A stretch of 64,000 nt of DNA, taken from positions 195,486,001 to 195,550,000 of the forward strand of contig NC_042998.1 in the NCBI RefSeq assembly GCF_006345805.1, in the 5' to 3' direction. The DNA comes from Octopus sinensis. Its lineage: Eukaryota. The notes under the pieces were generated by a model, which saw only the letters and a program-made list of their open reading frames with translations, searched no databases and was not told the DNA's origin. Below are positions 61,396-64,000 of this stretch, in pieces; the stretch's first letter is position 1, and each line of letters opens with the position of its first letter. A program made the position numbers and the translations under genes.

Positions 61396-62297
61396 AGGCT
61401 GTGTGGTAAGTAGCTTGCTAACCAACCACATGGTTCCGGGTTCAGTCTCACTGCGTGGCATCTTGGGCAAGTGTCTTCTGCTATAGCTCCAGGCCGACCA
61501 ATGCCTTGTGAGTGGATTTGGTAGACGGAAACTGAAAGAAGCCTGTCGTATATATGTATATATAAATTTTCTTTACCTAGTGGTCAGCATTTCTAAACTC
61601 ATAGTTATTTCGATCTTGAAAGGATGGACTTGGTGCAAACTTAACTGTATCTACTACTACTACTACTACTACTACTATTATTATTATTATTATTAATTAT
61701 TATATTATTATATTATTATTATATTATTATTATATTATTATTATTATTATATTATTATTATATTATTATTATTATTATTATTAATAGTAATTTTTATTAA
61801 CTTTCATAGCTTTAGAATTTTATGAACTGAACCATGGTTTTAATTATTATTTTTCATCTCCCTATGTAATGAGTATTATATTATATAAGTGTAGCATTAT
61901 GATGTATAAGTTTTTATATTTTACATTTTTATATTTTTATATTTATATGTATATGGTTATATAATATTTTTCACAATTATAACAAATTTAATTTAATTCT
62001 CTGAAGAGGCCGTGGGGCATCCTTGTTAATGCCTCATTTATACCTGCCTTTATGGCTTAGAGGTTAAATGAGGTATGACTGCCCTCACTGCCGAAACAGC
62101 TGTCAGTTTTGATTTAATTGCATATTATATTTGAAATTTTTTACTTATATCTCTTTATCTTTTTACTATTACTGTATATCTCATTTTGTATAATGCCTTT
62201 ACTCATATGTAATGGTGTATTAAAGTATTGATTGGGTATCATCGGATAGTTGATGTTTTATTGATTTAAGTATGTTTCTCCATTCTCTAATTTTGTA

Positions 62298-62345
<48 letters not shown>

Positions 62346-62548
62346 TTGTGTGTTTGCCCCCCTAGCATTGCTTGACAACCGATGCTGGTGTGTTTACGTC
62401 CCCATCACTTAGCAGTTCGGCAAAAGAGACCGATAGAATAAGTACTGGGCTTACAAAGAATAAGTCCCGGGGTCGATTTGCTCGACTAAAGGCGGGGCTC
62501 CAGCATGGCTGCAGTCAAATGACTGAAACAAGTAAAAGAGTAAAGAGT
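61396..62548 (+). mobile_element. SINE family A split (61396-61562 and 62299-62548) by an AT-rich ~740-bp insert, possibly a Penelope-like LTR remnant
   Basis: The two halves are contiguous in other copies. The insert sits in the internal (TA)n and contains a hammerhead. Confidence 0.7.
61995..62108 (+). ncRNA. Type I hammerhead ribozyme motif with intact core and long stem II
   Basis: CTGAAGA (62001-62007), GGC...GCC stem II, GAAA (62093-62096), palindromic ACAGCTGT stem III and GTC cleavage triplet (62102-62104). Stem I is weak (CT/AG). Confidence 0.65.
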
Positions 62549-62849
62549 ATAGTAGGGGCAAAATAGTAGACTTCTAACCACAAAGCCATGAGTTCCAGCC
62601 CAACTAGTGCAGCTATAAGTAGTTTTATTAAGCAAGGCACCAAACTGCTTCTTTCAGTTTGCTGAACTAAAAAAAATTGTTCCTATAAAAAAAAACAATT
62701 CAAAATAAAAACAAAGTTAACACAGGCACTGGCCTATACTGTATGAGAGAAGGGAGATTAGTATTGGTACTATAAAAATAATGAGCTTATTGTATACAGT
62801 GCTCAGTTGCACTACAATTTGTCAAGAAAGATGAAAAGAAGGGACAGAG

Positions 62850-63623
62850 AGTAGTTGTGTGAGTGTCTGTCCCCTTCGATTTAGATTCCTAACTCCTCCC
62901 ACATTTTGCGGTGCAGTTTAACCAAATTCGGGTATCTTATAGTCGTGATTCATATCGAGCCCGTCTGACTATTAGCGCGCATCAACGATGAGTCTACGAT
63001 TTAAAAAATAATTTAACATCATTTTTTATTCCATTTTAATGCATAATTTTTCGTGTGTCGATGGCGGCGGAGTTGGCGTCCACGCTCAAACACCTGCACC
63101 TGTTTGCTTCTCCCCCTTCTTCCCTCCCTCGTGAAGCTGTGGGGAAGGGAGGGTAAGGAAATCAACGTCGTAAAGCGTTGTCAAGGAGACCAGCGTTCTT
63201 TTAGAACAACGACTTCATGGCTTGAAGACACCAAAACAGAAATGGCTAAGAAAGCCCGAATTGGTATCTATAAGGGAAGTAACTCTCTAAAAATGCTTAT
63301 ATAGTTATTTCCTTTACAAACCCGGGCGATACTGCTAGTCTTTATATATAAAAGTCAAGTTGTGTGTCTGTCTCCTACGATTTAGATTCCTAACTACTCC
63401 CACATTTTGCGGTGCAGTTTAACCAAAACCGGGTATCTTATAGTCGTGATTCATATCGAGCCCTTCTGGGTATTAGCGCGCGTCTACGATGAGTCAACGA
63501 TTTAAAAAAAAATTTACCATCATTTGTTTTCCATTTTTAATGCATTTTTTTGCTATAACTCTCTAAAAATGCTTATATAATTATTTCCCTTACAAACCCG
63601 AGCAACGCTGGGCGATACTGCTA
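62850..63623 (-). mobile_element. Second copy of the two-unit Helitron/HINE-like element
   Basis: Short unit (63623-63340) then long unit (63339-62850), in the same order as at 36465. Confidence 0.6.
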
Positions 63624-63744
63624 CTGTGGAATAAAGGAAGACAGCAATGACAGAAGAAAAAGCACAGAACACAAAATACAAAAAGAGAGGAAAGTGAACA
63701 ATAAAAGAACCACGAAGAAGAAAGGTTGCACGGACATGAGGATT

Positions 63745-63960
63745 AGTGTCGGTGAATTTCAGGAAGCATAGAATTTTTGAATGATGCAGTGTTCTGACTG
63801 CTAATGACTGACACAAGTAGTTTATTCAATAGATTGGTAATTCTGAGCAGATAAAAAAGATGTCTCCAAAAAAAAATGGGCGCCGCACCATTTTTCAATT
63901 TTATAAGCATGTCCACGGGTGGTAGAGGTATTGAATTCAAAAAGGTGGCCGAAATTGTTG
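63745..63960 (-). pseudogene. Old diverged CR1 ORF2 C-terminal fragment
   Basis: ...RHLFYLLRITNLLNKL..SVISSQNTASFKNSML parallels KHFFTLRVAEAWNKLPASVV..TASFK.SML. Confidence 0.55.
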
Positions 63961-64000
63961 GAAAGATTGGAGATTAACTTGTAGGTCAGTTGCTATGTGT

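Overview
AT-rich, repeat-saturated eukaryotic (animal) DNA. The tRNA-headed SINE families, (TA)n/(CA)n/(TCTA)n density and RTE/CR1 LINE types look like an octopus genome; this is inference, as no database was available. Most ORFs in the track are artefacts of microsatellites, SINEs or dead transposons. Host coding potential appears limited to two minus-strand terminal exons 37 kb apart (10326-10601 and 47615-48204). They encode Ser-rich, probably disordered peptides that end in the same motif, WF-x-K-[RK]-x4-S-x-REINA-[MI]-AP. Several in-frame upstream exon candidates exist, and I cannot name the family. The rest of the window is SINEs (informal families A-E), 5'-truncated RTE, CR1 and HERO-like LINE pieces (several with clear TSDs), Tc1/mariner/maT/Chapaev-like transposase relics, pogo- and piggyBac-type MITEs, and a two-part Helitron/HINE-like element present twice. 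The most striking unannotated signal is a set of hammerhead ribozyme motifs. A tRNA-Lys-like-headed short element carries a minimal type I hammerhead and occurs as a ~430-bp fold-back dimer (15517-15955). A second hammerhead with an intact core and a very long stem II lies at 62001-62108. Family names A-E are my own labels, and repeat boundaries are by eye (about +/-20 bp) unless TSDs are given.
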